Shown here piece by piece: positions 8,714 to 19,030 of a stretch of DNA of 64,000 bases. A program made the translations under genes and the position numbers. Numbering within the stretch: the first letter of the stretch is position 1; the number at the start of each line of letters is the position of its first letter. This stretch comes from Ruminococcus gauvreauii (GTDB lineage Bacteria; Bacillota; Clostridia; Lachnospirales; Lachnospiraceae), in the NCBI RefSeq assembly GCF_025151995.1, contig NZ_CP102290.1:1419571-1483570 (forward strand). The letters are read 5' to 3'. Under the pieces are notes generated by a model. That model did no database searches. It saw only the letters and a program-made list of their open reading frames with translations, and was not told the DNA's origin.

Positions 8714-9625
8714 TTAATAGGCCGCTTCGGCGCCTCCTTTGGAGGACACCCGGAATTCACTGGGCGAAATGCCCTTGGCCTTTTTAAACTGAATATAAAA
8801 GTTATTGATATTGGTATACCCTACTTTCCTCGCAATGGCACTGACCGGCATATCCGTCTGAAGCAGGAGTGCATGTGCCTCTCCGATTCTCCTGGAAATC
8901 AGATACTGTATGGGCGCCATCCCGAAGAAGTTTTTAAACTCATGAGAGATGTAATGCGTACTGAAATACAGATCGGCTGCAATCGTCTCCAGTCTTATAT
9001 TTTCCGCATAGTGCTGGTCAATGTAATCCTTTACCATATACGGCACAAGGTTCTCACTGCTCTCTCCAGCCTTGTTTTCATCGGTGTACTTTTGCAGATT
9101 CAGGGGATAGATATAGTTCAGGATCACGCGCAGGACAAACATGATGGTGTCAAAACAGCGCATGCCTGATTCAAAATCGCCCTTTACCGCCTCCGCTCCG
9201 ATCAGCTCAAAGCACTTCCGCAGCATCTCGCTGTAATCAAAACAGTTAAATACCGGTGTGATCGGAGTGGGCAATATAATATCCCTGTCAAACGGCGACA
9301 GGCATATGTCGGTAAGACCGATCGACACCTCCGAAAAGGGAATTTTGCTCTGCCGCTCGGCCCTCACGATCTTAGGGTTGAACACCGTCAGATGATTCCT
9401 GCCGGCCCGGAAGTTTTTATTTTCAATCTTGATCTGGTTCTCTCCCTCCAGGATAAAAGACAACACTCCAATATTTTCATACATATGGAATGTATGCTCC
9501 CAGTCATGCTCCTGATCTGCGATAAATATCCATGCAACCTTCGGCACTTCAACATTTTTAAACATTGAATAGGATCTGAAATCATACTGGTACTTTTCGT
9601 ATTGATTCATCGGGATATGTATCAT
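8714..9625 (-). CDS. AraC family transcriptional regulator
   Basis: C-terminal AraC-type HTH (YISHEFKNFFGMAPIQYLISRRIGEAHALLLQTDMPVSAIARKVGYTNINNFYIQFKKAKGISPSEF). Start trimmed to MIHIPMN with RBS GGAGGG. Confidence 0.8.
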   Translation of the reverse strand: MIHIPMNQYEKYQYDFRSYSMFKNVEVPKVAWIFIADQEHDWEHTFHMYENIGVLSFILEGENQIKIENKNFRAGRNHLTVFNPKIVRAERQSKIPFSEVSIGLTDICLSPFDRDIILPTPITPVFNCFDYSEMLRKCFELIGAEAVKGDFESGMRCFDTIMFVLRVILNYIYPLNLQKYTDENKAGESSENLVPYMVKDYIDQHYAENIRLETIAADLYFSTHYISHEFKNFFGMAPIQYLISRRIGEAHALLLQTDMPVSAIARKVGYTNINNFYIQFKKAKGISPSEFRVSSKGGAEAAY

Positions 9626-9711
9626 TTGCGTCCCTCCAACATTTTGGCAGCAGCCGAAGACACAGCCCAAAATATATGGTGCCATGCCTTCGGCAGCTCT
9701 CACACAGATGA

Positions 9712-10878
9712 TTATTTATTTCCGCATACTACTACTTTCATAGAATCAGGTGCCATAGATTTCACGATCGCTTCCTCTGTCTGTTCCAGCCCGTAGTGAT
9801 GGCTGACCATCCGCTCAAACGGAATCCTGTCTGCAAAGTTTACCATCATATCCATCGCCGGTGTAAATGCATTGTACACCAGGCTGCTCTGTCCGATGAT
9901 CCTGATGTTTTTAGCACAGATCAGGTGCGGGCTGATGGAAATGTCTCCCGCATCCACAAAGTTTCCGGGCTCCAGTACCATACCGCCCTTGCGGACGTAT
10001 TTCAGGCAGTCAGCAAACATCTGCGGCCTTCCCACACATTCGATCACGACATCGGCGCCTCTGCCCTTTGTGATCTGCTCGATAAATTCCACGCGTTCTT
10101 CGACCGTCGTTCCAGACACATTGTATGTATGCGTGGCGCCGAATTCCTTCGCCAGATTAAGTTTCCAGTCCGAAGTATCCATGGCAATGAGTTTTCCTGC
10201 ACCCAGGATGTGAGCCTTGATCAGGTGTGACATGCCTAAGGGACCAACACCGATGACAACGACGGTATCATTTACCTGGAATCCCTCACCGCTGAATGAA
10301 TAGAATTCTTTTGCCTTGTCGACATTCCATGAGCAGGACATAATCTCCGCCAGCATCGCACACTCATCAGACAGCTCTTCCGGTACCTTGAACACGTGTG
10401 CCCCCGGCATAATATAGCAGTATTCCGAAAATCCCCCAAACAGATGCGGGTAGGCTTCGCAGGAAAGTCCGTTCCCATAGAGTCCCTGCATATGCTGGCA
10501 CCAGGAATAGCCGGATACATACCTGCACTCATAGCATTTGCCGCAGATCACATCGGGCGACCAGGTGACTCTATCTCCGACCTTTAAGATTTCACCGTTA
10601 AACTCGAGGTTTTTCGCTCCTTCTTCATCGATTTCTTCGATGATGCCCACATTTTCATGCCCCTGGATAATCGGATACGGTACGTGAACCTCATTCTTCG
10701 TTCCTCCGTACTGGGTGTCCTCCCCCTTGTACGAGTGTTTGTCTGTCCCGCAGATACCGGACATGATCATCTTCACAACAGCTGCACCCTTTTGTGGTTT
10801 TGGATACGGAAAGCTGCGCAGTTCGTACTTTCCAGGCTCCTTCAAAACCATCGCTCTTACATTTTCAGGCATATTCAT
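9712..10878 (-). CDS. Zn-dependent alcohol/polyol dehydrogenase (MDR superfamily), paralog
   Basis: Same motif set as the 7537-8691 gene (GICGTDKHSYKGE, GHENV, CGKCYEC, GVGPLG). RBS AGGAGGAATG. Confidence 0.85.
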   Translation of the reverse strand: MNMPENVRAMVLKEPGKYELRSFPYPKPQKGAAVVKMIMSGICGTDKHSYKGEDTQYGGTKNEVHVPYPIIQGHENVGIIEEIDEEGAKNLEFNGEILKVGDRVTWSPDVICGKCYECRYVSGYSWCQHMQGLYGNGLSCEAYPHLFGGFSEYCYIMPGAHVFKVPEELSDECAMLAEIMSCSWNVDKAKEFYSFSGEGFQVNDTVVVIGVGPLGMSHLIKAHILGAGKLIAMDTSDWKLNLAKEFGATHTYNVSGTTVEERVEFIEQITKGRGADVVIECVGRPQMFADCLKYVRKGGMVLEPGNFVDAGDISISPHLICAKNIRIIGQSSLVYNAFTPAMDMMVNFADRIPFERMVSHHYGLEQTEEAIVKSMAPDSMKVVVCGNK

Positions 10879-10947
10879 TCCTCCTAATTATAATGTTAAA
10901 TTTTTATCGTGATGCCTGTTTTAAGAAGCCTCACGGTAATTTCTCAA

Positions 10948-12006
10948 TTAATCCGCAAGCTCAGGACTGATCGCCATTGTACACGGTGTGTAGATGGTCT
11001 TTTCCACTTCCTCGCCATTCAAAACCGCAATCGCCGTGTCGAGCGCTGTCGTTGCCATTCCCGCCGGGTCCTGAACGATCGTTGCCGATAATCTTCCTGC
11101 CTCTACCGCCTCTACCGCATCATCGTTACCATCGAGTCCGACGACAATGATCTCGCCGCTCTTTCCTGCTTCCTCAATTGCCTCTACCGCTCCGAGCGCC
11201 ATCTCGTCGCACGCTGCAAACACGAACTTCAGGTCCGGATATGCCGTGAGGAAATCCTGCGTCACGTTATAGGCCTTGGACCGCTCCGCATCTGCGGGCT
11301 GATGAGATACATACTCAAAGGTGTCCGGCAGCTGATCCATAAATCCGTTGACACGGTCGACGCCGGCAGAAACTCCTTCCACCAGTCCGAGTGTCGCGAT
11401 CTGGCCGCCTTCCGGAAATTTTTTCGCCAGCCATTCTCCGCCCAGTTTACCGGCATCATACTGTGCCGTTCCGACATAAGAATAGTAGGAGCCTCCCTGG
11501 GCCTCAAGGTCCTCGTCATTGAGCGTATCATTCGTCAGCACCACCGGAATCCCGGCATCGTTTGCCTTTTTGATCGTAGAATTCAGCATAATGTCGTCAC
11601 ACGGTGCAAATACGATCGCATCCACACCGGAAACGATGAAGTTCTCCAGAATCTCAATCTGGCGTGTCACGTTCGTCTCAACATCCGGTGCCTGGAATAC
11701 CAGCTCTATCCCCTTCTCCTGACAGTACTCTTTCGCCGCAACTTCCATCTTGCCAAAGAATGGGCTGAACATACCCTTTGTCGCAAACCCAATTGTCAGC
11801 TTTTCGCCGGATGCCGCATCCACTCCGGAATCACCGCCGTCGGCTTTCTTCTGTTCGTCCGCATTCTTATCATCCTCTGTCTTTGGAGTTTCCTCGGGCT
11901 GGTCTGTCTTTGCAGCATCGTCCCCCGCAGGAGCCTTCTCCGCCGAACATGCCATGCAGCTAAATCCCAGTAACAGCGCAAGTAACAGTGCAATCATTTT
12001 CTTCAT
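10948..12006 (-). CDS. Sugar ABC transporter substrate-binding lipoprotein (ribose/xylose-type periplasmic-binding fold)
   Basis: Signal peptide with lipobox (LLLGFSCMAC), Glu/Asp/Lys-rich linker, then PBP type-1 fold sequence. Start trimmed from the track ORF to MKKMIALLL (RBS AAAGGAG); the untrimmed ORF would overlap the permease. Confidence 0.8.
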   Translation of the reverse strand: MKKMIALLLALLLGFSCMACSAEKAPAGDDAAKTDQPEETPKTEDDKNADEQKKADGGDSGVDAASGEKLTIGFATKGMFSPFFGKMEVAAKEYCQEKGIELVFQAPDVETNVTRQIEILENFIVSGVDAIVFAPCDDIMLNSTIKKANDAGIPVVLTNDTLNDEDLEAQGGSYYSYVGTAQYDAGKLGGEWLAKKFPEGGQIATLGLVEGVSAGVDRVNGFMDQLPDTFEYVSHQPADAERSKAYNVTQDFLTAYPDLKFVFAACDEMALGAVEAIEEAGKSGEIIVVGLDGNDDAVEAVEAGRLSATIVQDPAGMATTALDTAIAVLNGEEVEKTIYTPCTMAISPELAD

Positions 12007-12056
12007 TTTCATTTCTCCTTTTCTTTGGATTTTTAAATTTAAGCCTTCCCGGCCGG

Positions 12057-13040
12057 TTACCTTGTTTTTCTGTTTTTCTGAACGTCGATGAGAACCGATA
12101 TGACGATCACGAGCCCTATCACAAACTCCTGGAAATACGAGGATACGTTCAGCAGCGTCATCCCATTGTTGATGACCCCGACGATAATGGCTCCGATGAG
12201 GGTTCCCCAGACAGAGCCGACGCCTCCCTCCTGGCTGACACCTCCGATTACGCACGCAGCGATCGCATCCAGTTCATATCCGTCTCCGGATATCGGCTGG
12301 GCTGCATTCAGTTTCGCCGTCAGGACATAGCCCGCGATCGCAGCCGTCAGTCCGCTTATCGCGTAGGCAATGATTTTATAGCGATATACATTGATCCCGG
12401 TAAGCCTGGTGACCTCCTCATTGCCTCCAATCGCATAGATATAACGGCCCAGTTTCCGGTAACGGAGTATGTAAAATGCAGCCGCCATCAAGATCAGCAT
12501 GAATATAACCTGAACGGGAAATCCCGCGCCGGTGATGGTTTTGGTCCCGATCCAGCGGAATGTTCCGTTAAAACCGTTGATGGTTTTTCCTGCTGTCAGA
12601 GTCAGCGCAATTCCTCTTGCCATATTCATCATGCCGAGTGTACTGATAAACGGAGGCAGTCCGCCCTTGGTGATAATAATCCCATTGATGATCCCGCAGA
12701 TGATGCCGACCAGCAGACAGGTAAGAATACTCAGAAACACACTTCCGGTTGACACATACACGACCCCCATCGTCGTGGAGGACAGTGCTAGCACAGATCC
12801 CACCGACAGATCGATACCCGCCGTTATGATAACGAATGTCATACCGATTGCAATGATAGCATTGATACTGATCTGCTGCAGTACGTTGACGACATTGCCA
12901 ACCGTCAGAAATACTTTCGATGTGAACGCCAGTATCACGCACATTCCGATCAAAACAAACAGGGTTGACAGACGGCTCCAGTCAAATTTCTTATTAAATG
13001 CTGCTTTCTTCATATGTTCACTCCTATCTTCCGCTGGCAT
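12057..13040 (-). CDS. Sugar ABC transporter permease (RbsC-like)
   Basis: Polytopic membrane protein with the branched-sugar permease signature region (AGIDLSVGSVLALSS). Confidence 0.8.
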   Translation of the reverse strand: MPAEDRSEHMKKAAFNKKFDWSRLSTLFVLIGMCVILAFTSKVFLTVGNVVNVLQQISINAIIAIGMTFVIITAGIDLSVGSVLALSSTTMGVVYVSTGSVFLSILTCLLVGIICGIINGIIITKGGLPPFISTLGMMNMARGIALTLTAGKTINGFNGTFRWIGTKTITGAGFPVQVIFMLILMAAAFYILRYRKLGRYIYAIGGNEEVTRLTGINVYRYKIIAYAISGLTAAIAGYVLTAKLNAAQPISGDGYELDAIAACVIGGVSQEGGVGSVWGTLIGAIIVGVINNGMTLLNVSSYFQEFVIGLVIVISVLIDVQKNRKTR

Positions 13041-14520
13041 ACTTTAAAATTTCCTCATCGGTACGATCCGGTACGTTGTCAAGACACGCCGTCAGCTCCC
13101 CCTCGTACATCACATACAGCCTGTCGCTGACGCCCATACACTCCGTAAGCTCCGAAGATACCATGATGATCGCCTTACCCTGCCTTTTCAATTCATTCAT
13201 AATCTTATAAATCTCAACTTTCGCCCCCACATCGATCCCCCTGGTCGGCTCATCAAAAATAATAATATCCGCATTCTTGTTCAGCCACTTTGCGATGACA
13301 ACTTTCTGCTGGTTCCCTCCGGAAAGATTCTTCGCCTTCTGTTCGATGGACGGTGTTTTAACATGCATACTGTCAGCCAGCTCCTTCGCATTCTGCTTTT
13401 CTTTTTTATAGTCAATTCCAAACCAGCTCATCGTTTTATCGAGGTTTACCAGCGCAATATTGTCCCTGAGACCAAACCACTGAATTAACCCCTGACTCTT
13501 CCTGTCCTCCGTCAGAAATGCGATGCCTGCATCACACGCACGCTTGCAGTTCCCAAGACGTACTTTCTTCCCCTTTACATAGATCTCCCCGGAATCATAA
13601 GGATCGGCGCCAAAAACGGCACGCATCAGCTCCGTCCTTCCGGCCCCCATCAACCCGTACATTCCCGTAATCTCCCCGCTTCTGGCGAAAAAGGAGATAT
13701 GTTTTAGCCGGCTGCCCTGACAGAGATTCTTTACTTCAAGAAATTTTTCTCCCGGTTCGGCCTGTACTCTCGGATAATATTCCGGCAGGTCACGGCCTAC
13801 CATCAGTTTGATGATCTCATCGATGCTGGTATCCCTGATCTCCCGCGTTGTGACATTCTCACCGTCGCGCAGGATCGTGATCCGGTCTCCGATGCGCATG
13901 ATCTCCTCCAGCCTGTGTGAAATATAGATGATCGCCATCCCGCGGCTCTTCAGTTCCCCGATCAGGCGAAACAGGCTGTCAACCTCCCTTTTGGTCAGGG
14001 CTGAGGTGGGTTCATCCAATATCAGTATGTCTGAGTCGAATGAGACAGCCTTTGCAATCTCGACCATCTGCATCTCACCCACGCTGAGCGCGGAGACTTC
14101 CGCCTTTTCTGAAATCGTGGAGTTGATGGAATCAAGCAGCCGCCTCGCCTCCTTGTTCATCCTGTTCCAGTCAACAGTCCCTCCTCTTTTTCTCGGCTGG
14201 CGGCCGAGAAAGATGTTTTCAGCAACAGAGATGTTGCCGAGCAGGTTCATCTCCTGAAACACGATGCTCACACCCCTGCGCCGCTGTTCCTCGATGTCTG
14301 CGCAAACGATCTCCTCCCCTTTCAGTACCACACGGCCGGTATAATTCGTGTTCACGCCGACCAATACCTTCATAATCGTCGATTTACCGGCGCCGTTTTC
14401 TCCCAGCAGCACATGCACCTCCCCGCTGTTCGCAGAAAAGGAAACCTTGTTCAGCGCCAACACCCCCGGAAATTCTACCGTGATGTTCTCCATCGTTAAA
14501 ATGCATTCTTTTTCTGTCAC
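13024..14520 (-). CDS. Sugar ABC transporter ATP-binding protein with duplicated ABC domains (RbsA-like)
   Basis: Two Walker A motifs (GENGAGKST; GLMGAGRTEL), two LSGG signatures (LSVGEMQ, LSGGNQQK), Walker B ILDEPT / IIFDEPT. Confidence 0.85.
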   Translation of the reverse strand: MTEKECILTMENITVEFPGVLALNKVSFSANSGEVHVLLGENGAGKSTIMKVLVGVNTNYTGRVVLKGEEIVCADIEEQRRRGVSIVFQEMNLLGNISVAENIFLGRQPRKRGGTVDWNRMNKEARRLLDSINSTISEKAEVSALSVGEMQMVEIAKAVSFDSDILILDEPTSALTKREVDSLFRLIGELKSRGMAIIYISHRLEEIMRIGDRITILRDGENVTTREIRDTSIDEIIKLMVGRDLPEYYPRVQAEPGEKFLEVKNLCQGSRLKHISFFARSGEITGMYGLMGAGRTELMRAVFGADPYDSGEIYVKGKKVRLGNCKRACDAGIAFLTEDRKSQGLIQWFGLRDNIALVNLDKTMSWFGIDYKKEKQNAKELADSMHVKTPSIEQKAKNLSGGNQQKVVIAKWLNKNADIIIFDEPTRGIDVGAKVEIYKIMNELKRQGKAIIMVSSELTECMGVSDRLYVMYEGELTACLDNVPDRTDEEILKYASGR

Positions 14521-14569
14521 CTGGCCCTCACTTCCTTTCTATTTTTCACAGCTGTCAGCACAGACGCTC

Positions 14570-15634
14570 TCAGCTGTCTCCCTCATAAGTCCACCCATGC
14601 CTGAAAATCACCTTGATCCCCTCCCGGTTCCGGCAGACCTCAAAAGCTTTCTCAAACTCCTCCAGACGGAATTCATGGGTGATCATTTCATCCAGACTTA
14701 ATGCTCCGAGTGATGCGATCCTCAGGGCATTTCTGTAGGAAACAGCTCCCCCGTACGGCCGCAGATCCGGGTCACTGTACTCATGAAATCCCCAGAGCCC
14801 TTTGATGTTCAGACATTTTAAAGTCACCTCACTGAGGTTCACACTCACTTTCTCCTGATTGTATACCGCAAAATTTCCGATCTGACCGCTCTTCTTAACC
14901 ATGGCTATCGCCTGGTTGATCCCTTCCTCCGAGCCTGTACATTCAATCACCACATCCGCTCCGATTCCGTTCGTCAGTTCCATCACCCTGCCGGTCACCT
15001 CCTCATCGTTATAAAAGAAGTATGTCGGCCCGATTTTTTTTGCCATTTCCACCCTGACACCGTCGTCTTTAAGTCCCGTGATCACTGTCGCCCCCGGGGA
15101 TCTCAACTTCACTCCCTGCAGGAGCATCAGGCCGATCGGACCGCTTCCCAGAATGACCACAAAGTCCCCGGGCTGAATGTCCAGCGTCTCCGTCAGTCCC
15201 TGATAGATGACACCCGCAACGATCTCTATCATAATGGCTTCCTTCATGGAAATATTATCCGGTATCCTGAAAACCTGATTTTCGGGCATCACCACGTATT
15301 CTGCATGACACCCGTTCACGTGGTCATTTCCCATCGTCCCCTCCCTCGTCTCAAGGCAGCTCACCACCCGGTCTCCGGGCTTTACTCTCCTTACATTTTT
15401 GCCGACCGCTTCGACTACCGCAGAAAATTCATGTCCGATGATCAGTCCCTCTTCATATGCCCTGTAGTCATCCTGATAAATATGTACATCCGTTCCGCAG
15501 ATGCCAGATCCCCATACACGCATCAAAACATCGTCATCCCCTGTCTTTGGAACCGGAACATCCCAAACCTCCATATTCCCATACCCTTTCCGGGCTTTTA
15601 CCAACGCTTTCATCGTTTTCTGCATGTCCGACAT
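14570..15634 (-). CDS. Zn-dependent alcohol dehydrogenase (sorbitol/L-iditol dehydrogenase-like)
   Basis: GICGTDVHIY, GHEFSAVV, GSGPIG motifs. Confidence 0.85.
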   Translation of the reverse strand: MSDMQKTMKALVKARKGYGNMEVWDVPVPKTGDDDVLMRVWGSGICGTDVHIYQDDYRAYEEGLIIGHEFSAVVEAVGKNVRRVKPGDRVVSCLETREGTMGNDHVNGCHAEYVVMPENQVFRIPDNISMKEAIMIEIVAGVIYQGLTETLDIQPGDFVVILGSGPIGLMLLQGVKLRSPGATVITGLKDDGVRVEMAKKIGPTYFFYNDEEVTGRVMELTNGIGADVVIECTGSEEGINQAIAMVKKSGQIGNFAVYNQEKVSVNLSEVTLKCLNIKGLWGFHEYSDPDLRPYGGAVSYRNALRIASLGALSLDEMITHEFRLEEFEKAFEVCRNREGIKVIFRHGWTYEGDS

Positions 15635-16112
15635 CCTCCATGAATCATCTTATTTTTCGTCATTTTATACAACTTTCATTTCAATGTATTCAGTTTACAT
15701 ATTTAATTTCCATAAATCCACTATAATTCTTGTTTAATTCCCTATATATTTTGTTTTTAGAGTATTTTTTCAATATCAATGGTAATATTGCTATTATTTT
15801 CCTTTTATTTTTAGATTTTTATTTATTTATCAACCATTAAAGATTTGTTTCATGTACAATTAATTATTTTCTAGAAAACATATATTTTCATGTTTCTTTT
15901 ATTGGTTTTCAAAATATTTCAAATACCCTCCGGTTTTAACCATAAATTAACGCATTTTCAGAGACTTTCTGTTTTGAAAATCCCTCTTTTTTCTGCTGAC
16001 ACAAAGCAAAATATTAATGATGCCGTGCAGGTTTTTCTGTTTTTTGTACGGTAAGACGGCGTTATGCTTTTAAGTGTAACTGCTGTTTATCCACATTTAT
16101 GGAGGAATACAT
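15635..16112. promoter_or_regulatory. 478-bp AT-rich divergent intergenic region between the polyol/ABC operon and the epimerase operon
   Basis: No ORF; extremely AT-rich with multiple A/T tracts. Separates divergently transcribed operons. Confidence 0.4.
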
Positions 16113-17105
16113 ATGGAACGGTATTTAATGACAGGTGCAACCGGATTTGTGGGGCAGGAATTGCTGAAGCAGCTTACTGCCATGGGCGCGGACATAACCG
16201 TACTCGGAAGACATTCACCGGACATGCCGGGCGTCAGATTCCTGAAAGCCGATATCACAGACGCAGACGCCCTTGCCGGTGTGACCGCAGGGCTGGAATT
16301 TGATTATATTCTTCATATCGCTTCACTCCCCGGTGATACCGGAATTCCCGCGGAAATGATGAACGTCAACGTCACAGGCGCCCTGAACATGCTGGAAACG
16401 GCCCGAACCATGAAGATACAGCGCATGGTTCTGGTCAGCAGCACCTCTGCGTATGGATGGTATCCGGCGACCCCCTTTTGTCCGCCCGATTACATGCCTG
16501 TAGATGAAGAGCATCCGTGCCGCCCCAAAGATATGTATGCGGCCACAAAACGGATGCAGGAGCTTCTGGCGTCCGTATACTATCATGAATATCACGTACC
16601 GGTGACCTGCCTGCGTCTCTGTGCAGTCATCGGACCGGACGGCAGGGGCGGCGGACGCGGATGGCGGACGATCGCAGAACAGCTGGCGACTTCGGAGTAT
16701 GTGCAGATCCCTCATTTTTCTTTTGAAGAACAATGTCATTATGTCGATATTCGTGACGTATCAAGAATGATCATTCACGCCAGCCACTGCAAAAACGCAG
16801 AGGGGGAGATTTTTAACTGCTGTGCGCTAAATTCCACAACCGGGTATGAATTTGAGGAAATTATCCACAGGCACTTCCCATGGATCGAAGTCCGATGTGG
16901 ATTTCCCTGGAGTATGGCGCAGGGAGACAAAATAGAATTCAGCATGAAAAAGGCCCGGGAAATCCTGGACTTTACACCGGTCTACACCCTGGACGACTCT
17001 GTCTGCTACATTAAAGACTGGATCAATGCAGGCGGACTGCGAAAAGAAAACATACCGTCTGAAACATTTACCGACGGCATCAAATCTAAGGAGGAATCGT
17101 TATGA
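16113..17105 (+). CDS. NAD-dependent epimerase/dehydratase (extended SDR family)
   Basis: N-terminal Rossmann motif LMTGATGFVGQELLKQL; YxxxK region (YAATKRMQELLA). Confidence 0.8.
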   Translation: MERYLMTGATGFVGQELLKQLTAMGADITVLGRHSPDMPGVRFLKADITDADALAGVTAGLEFDYILHIASLPGDTGIPAEMMNVNVTGALNMLETARTMKIQRMVLVSSTSAYGWYPATPFCPPDYMPVDEEHPCRPKDMYAATKRMQELLASVYYHEYHVPVTCLRLCAVIGPDGRGGGRGWRTIAEQLATSEYVQIPHFSFEEQCHYVDIRDVSRMIIHASHCKNAEGEIFNCCALNSTTGYEFEEIIHRHFPWIEVRCGFPWSMAQGDKIEFSMKKAREILDFTPVYTLDDSVCYIKDWINAGGLRKENIPSETFTDGIKSKEESL

Positions 17106-18148
17106 CATTAAAAGTTGGAGTAATCGGATGTGGTTATATCTCATATGCACATATCAGAGGCTGGAAAGCCAATGGATGTGAAGTCGCCGCGCTTTGCGAC
17201 CTGTCGGCCGGCCGCCTGAACGCAAGGGCGGAAGAATTTGGTGTACAGAACAAATATACCGACTACAAAGAAATGCTGGAACGTGAAAACCTGGATATCG
17301 TAGATATCGCCACCCCCGTCTCCACTCATCGCGCGCTGATCAGTTACTGCTGTTCGAGAGTTTCAAATATCCTGTGCGAAAAACCTTTTGTAGACAATAT
17401 GGAGAATGGAGAATATCTGGTACGTGAATGTAAAAAATACGGCTGCCGTACCATGGTTTGCCAGTCTTACCGATGGCATCCATGGTACGAGCAGATAAAG
17501 AAGGAATTAAAAAACGATGTAATCGGGTCTCCTTACTATGTCAATATCATGCAGCGCATCAGTTTTGACATACCTTACGGCAAAGAAAACCGTATTCCGC
17601 TCACGGAAGATCAGCCATTTTATGAACATGCTGAGCGTCTGATGCTTTTAGAGCAGGGCTGTCATTATTTTGATGTGTTCCGAAGTCTTTTCGGCGAACC
17701 GCAGGCTGTCACCGGCACCGTCGGACGTATCAGTCCGTTTGTCAAAGGAGATGACCTGGCTGTCGTCACCGTCGTGTTTCCCGGACTCACGGCAGTCCTG
17801 GAAGACGTCTGGTGTTCCTGCGGCCAGCAGAAAACCAGTGTCACCTATATCCAGGGTGAAAAAGGCAGTATTTATTTCGGAGGAACGGATGGTATCGCTC
17901 CCCATCGCACGGAAGAATGCGGATCTCTTACGATCACCTTTTTCGACGGCAGTTCCCGGCAGATAGAGATGGAAGCCGCTGATTACTATAATCAAAGCTT
18001 CGCAAAGCTTCAGGCACATTTTCTTCACTGTATAGACCAGGGTCTGACGCCTGACACCTGTTTCGAGGACAACTTAAAAACCGTCAGCATTGCGCTGAGA
18101 GCCTATGAATCCGCCGCAAAAAAGCGCACAATTTTTATGGGGGAATAA
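17102..18148 (+). CDS. Gfo/Idh/MocA family oxidoreductase
   Basis: N-terminal VGVIGCGYISYAHIRGW Rossmann motif and EKP motif (LCEKPF). 4-nt overlap with the upstream gene. Confidence 0.8.
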   Translation: MTLKVGVIGCGYISYAHIRGWKANGCEVAALCDLSAGRLNARAEEFGVQNKYTDYKEMLERENLDIVDIATPVSTHRALISYCCSRVSNILCEKPFVDNMENGEYLVRECKKYGCRTMVCQSYRWHPWYEQIKKELKNDVIGSPYYVNIMQRISFDIPYGKENRIPLTEDQPFYEHAERLMLLEQGCHYFDVFRSLFGEPQAVTGTVGRISPFVKGDDLAVVTVVFPGLTAVLEDVWCSCGQQKTSVTYIQGEKGSIYFGGTDGIAPHRTEECGSLTITFFDGSSRQIEMEAADYYNQSFAKLQAHFLHCIDQGLTPDTCFEDNLKTVSIALRAYESAAKKRTIFMGE

Positions 18149-18152
18149 AAGA

Positions 18153-18959
18153 ATGGAAAACAAGATCAGTTACTGTACCCTGATTTATGACGGATGTGAC
18201 ATAGAAACGGCAGTCCGTGATATCGCGAGTGCCGGATACGACGGCATCGAGCTCTATCCGAAGGACTGGGAATGGGGGATAGAACACTTGGGCCGGGAAA
18301 CATTTTCCCGCCTGTTCAAGGACGCAGGCCTTGTTGTAAGCGCTGTTTTCGGAGATGTGCTCTCTGCTTCTGAACAGCAAATAACGTCTGCCATCAGCGC
18401 AGCCAAACTCCTCGGCGCAAAATATGTCTTTGCCGTTCCCCCGGTAAAAAACAGCGTGGACAGAGATCAGTGCCTCCGTATCATCAGCCGTACCTGCGGC
18501 CTGCTGGAAAATCATGGCCTGACCCTCGTACTTCACAATCATGCCGGCACATGTATGGAGTCTATAGCCGAGGCAGTGGACATCTGTTCTGCAATCGTCC
18601 GGAAAAATTTTGGCCTATGTCTGGATTCCGTACATTTTGCCCTGTACGATGACGATATCCACCTTCATCTGGAGCCCTTACTGCCCTTTATCAGGTACGT
18701 ACATTTAAAGGATATGACGAAACCGCGCAGGGTACAGTATGAGACACTGCCGCCCGACATGTGGCGCTGGGGAGACCTGGCGCATCTCGCTTCGACCTAT
18801 ACAGACCTGGAACACGGTGTGATTGACAATCGCGCGATCGCTGAATATCTCATAAGATCCGGCTATTCTGGATGGTGGGTACCGGAGATTGAACGGCAGC
18901 AGGCCGACCGGCTCGAACATGCCAGTTTCAACCATACTGTTCTTAAAAGTTATTTGTAA
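18153..18959 (+). CDS. Sugar phosphate isomerase/epimerase (xylose-isomerase-like TIM barrel)
   Basis: AP-endonuclease-2/TIM-barrel-like sequence (DIASAGYDGIELYP ... LVLHNHAG ... YVHLKD). Start trimmed to MENKISY with RBS GGGGGAA. Confidence 0.75.
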   Translation: MENKISYCTLIYDGCDIETAVRDIASAGYDGIELYPKDWEWGIEHLGRETFSRLFKDAGLVVSAVFGDVLSASEQQITSAISAAKLLGAKYVFAVPPVKNSVDRDQCLRIISRTCGLLENHGLTLVLHNHAGTCMESIAEAVDICSAIVRKNFGLCLDSVHFALYDDDIHLHLEPLLPFIRYVHLKDMTKPRRVQYETLPPDMWRWGDLAHLASTYTDLEHGVIDNRAIAEYLIRSGYSGWWVPEIERQQADRLEHASFNHTVLKSYL

Positions 18960-18975
18960 CGTTCGCCTTACAGGA

Positions 18976-19026
18976 AAAAGACAGGCAGCCGAATGTATAA
19001 ACATTTCGTTTGCCTGTCTTTCATCC
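18976..19026. terminator. Bidirectional rho-independent terminator hairpin
   Basis: AGACAGGCA (18979-18987) pairs with TGCCTGTCT (19011-19019), with inner extension CGAATGT/ACATTTCG. A-run before and T-run after. Lies between convergent genes. Confidence 0.6.
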
Positions 19027-19030
19027 TGGC

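Noticed and set aside
10948-12255. Long 435-aa version of the sugar-binding protein ORF extending to 12255
   Set aside because: The upstream extension overlaps the permease gene by about 200 bp. A lipoprotein signal peptide with a good RBS starts at 12006, so the start was trimmed.
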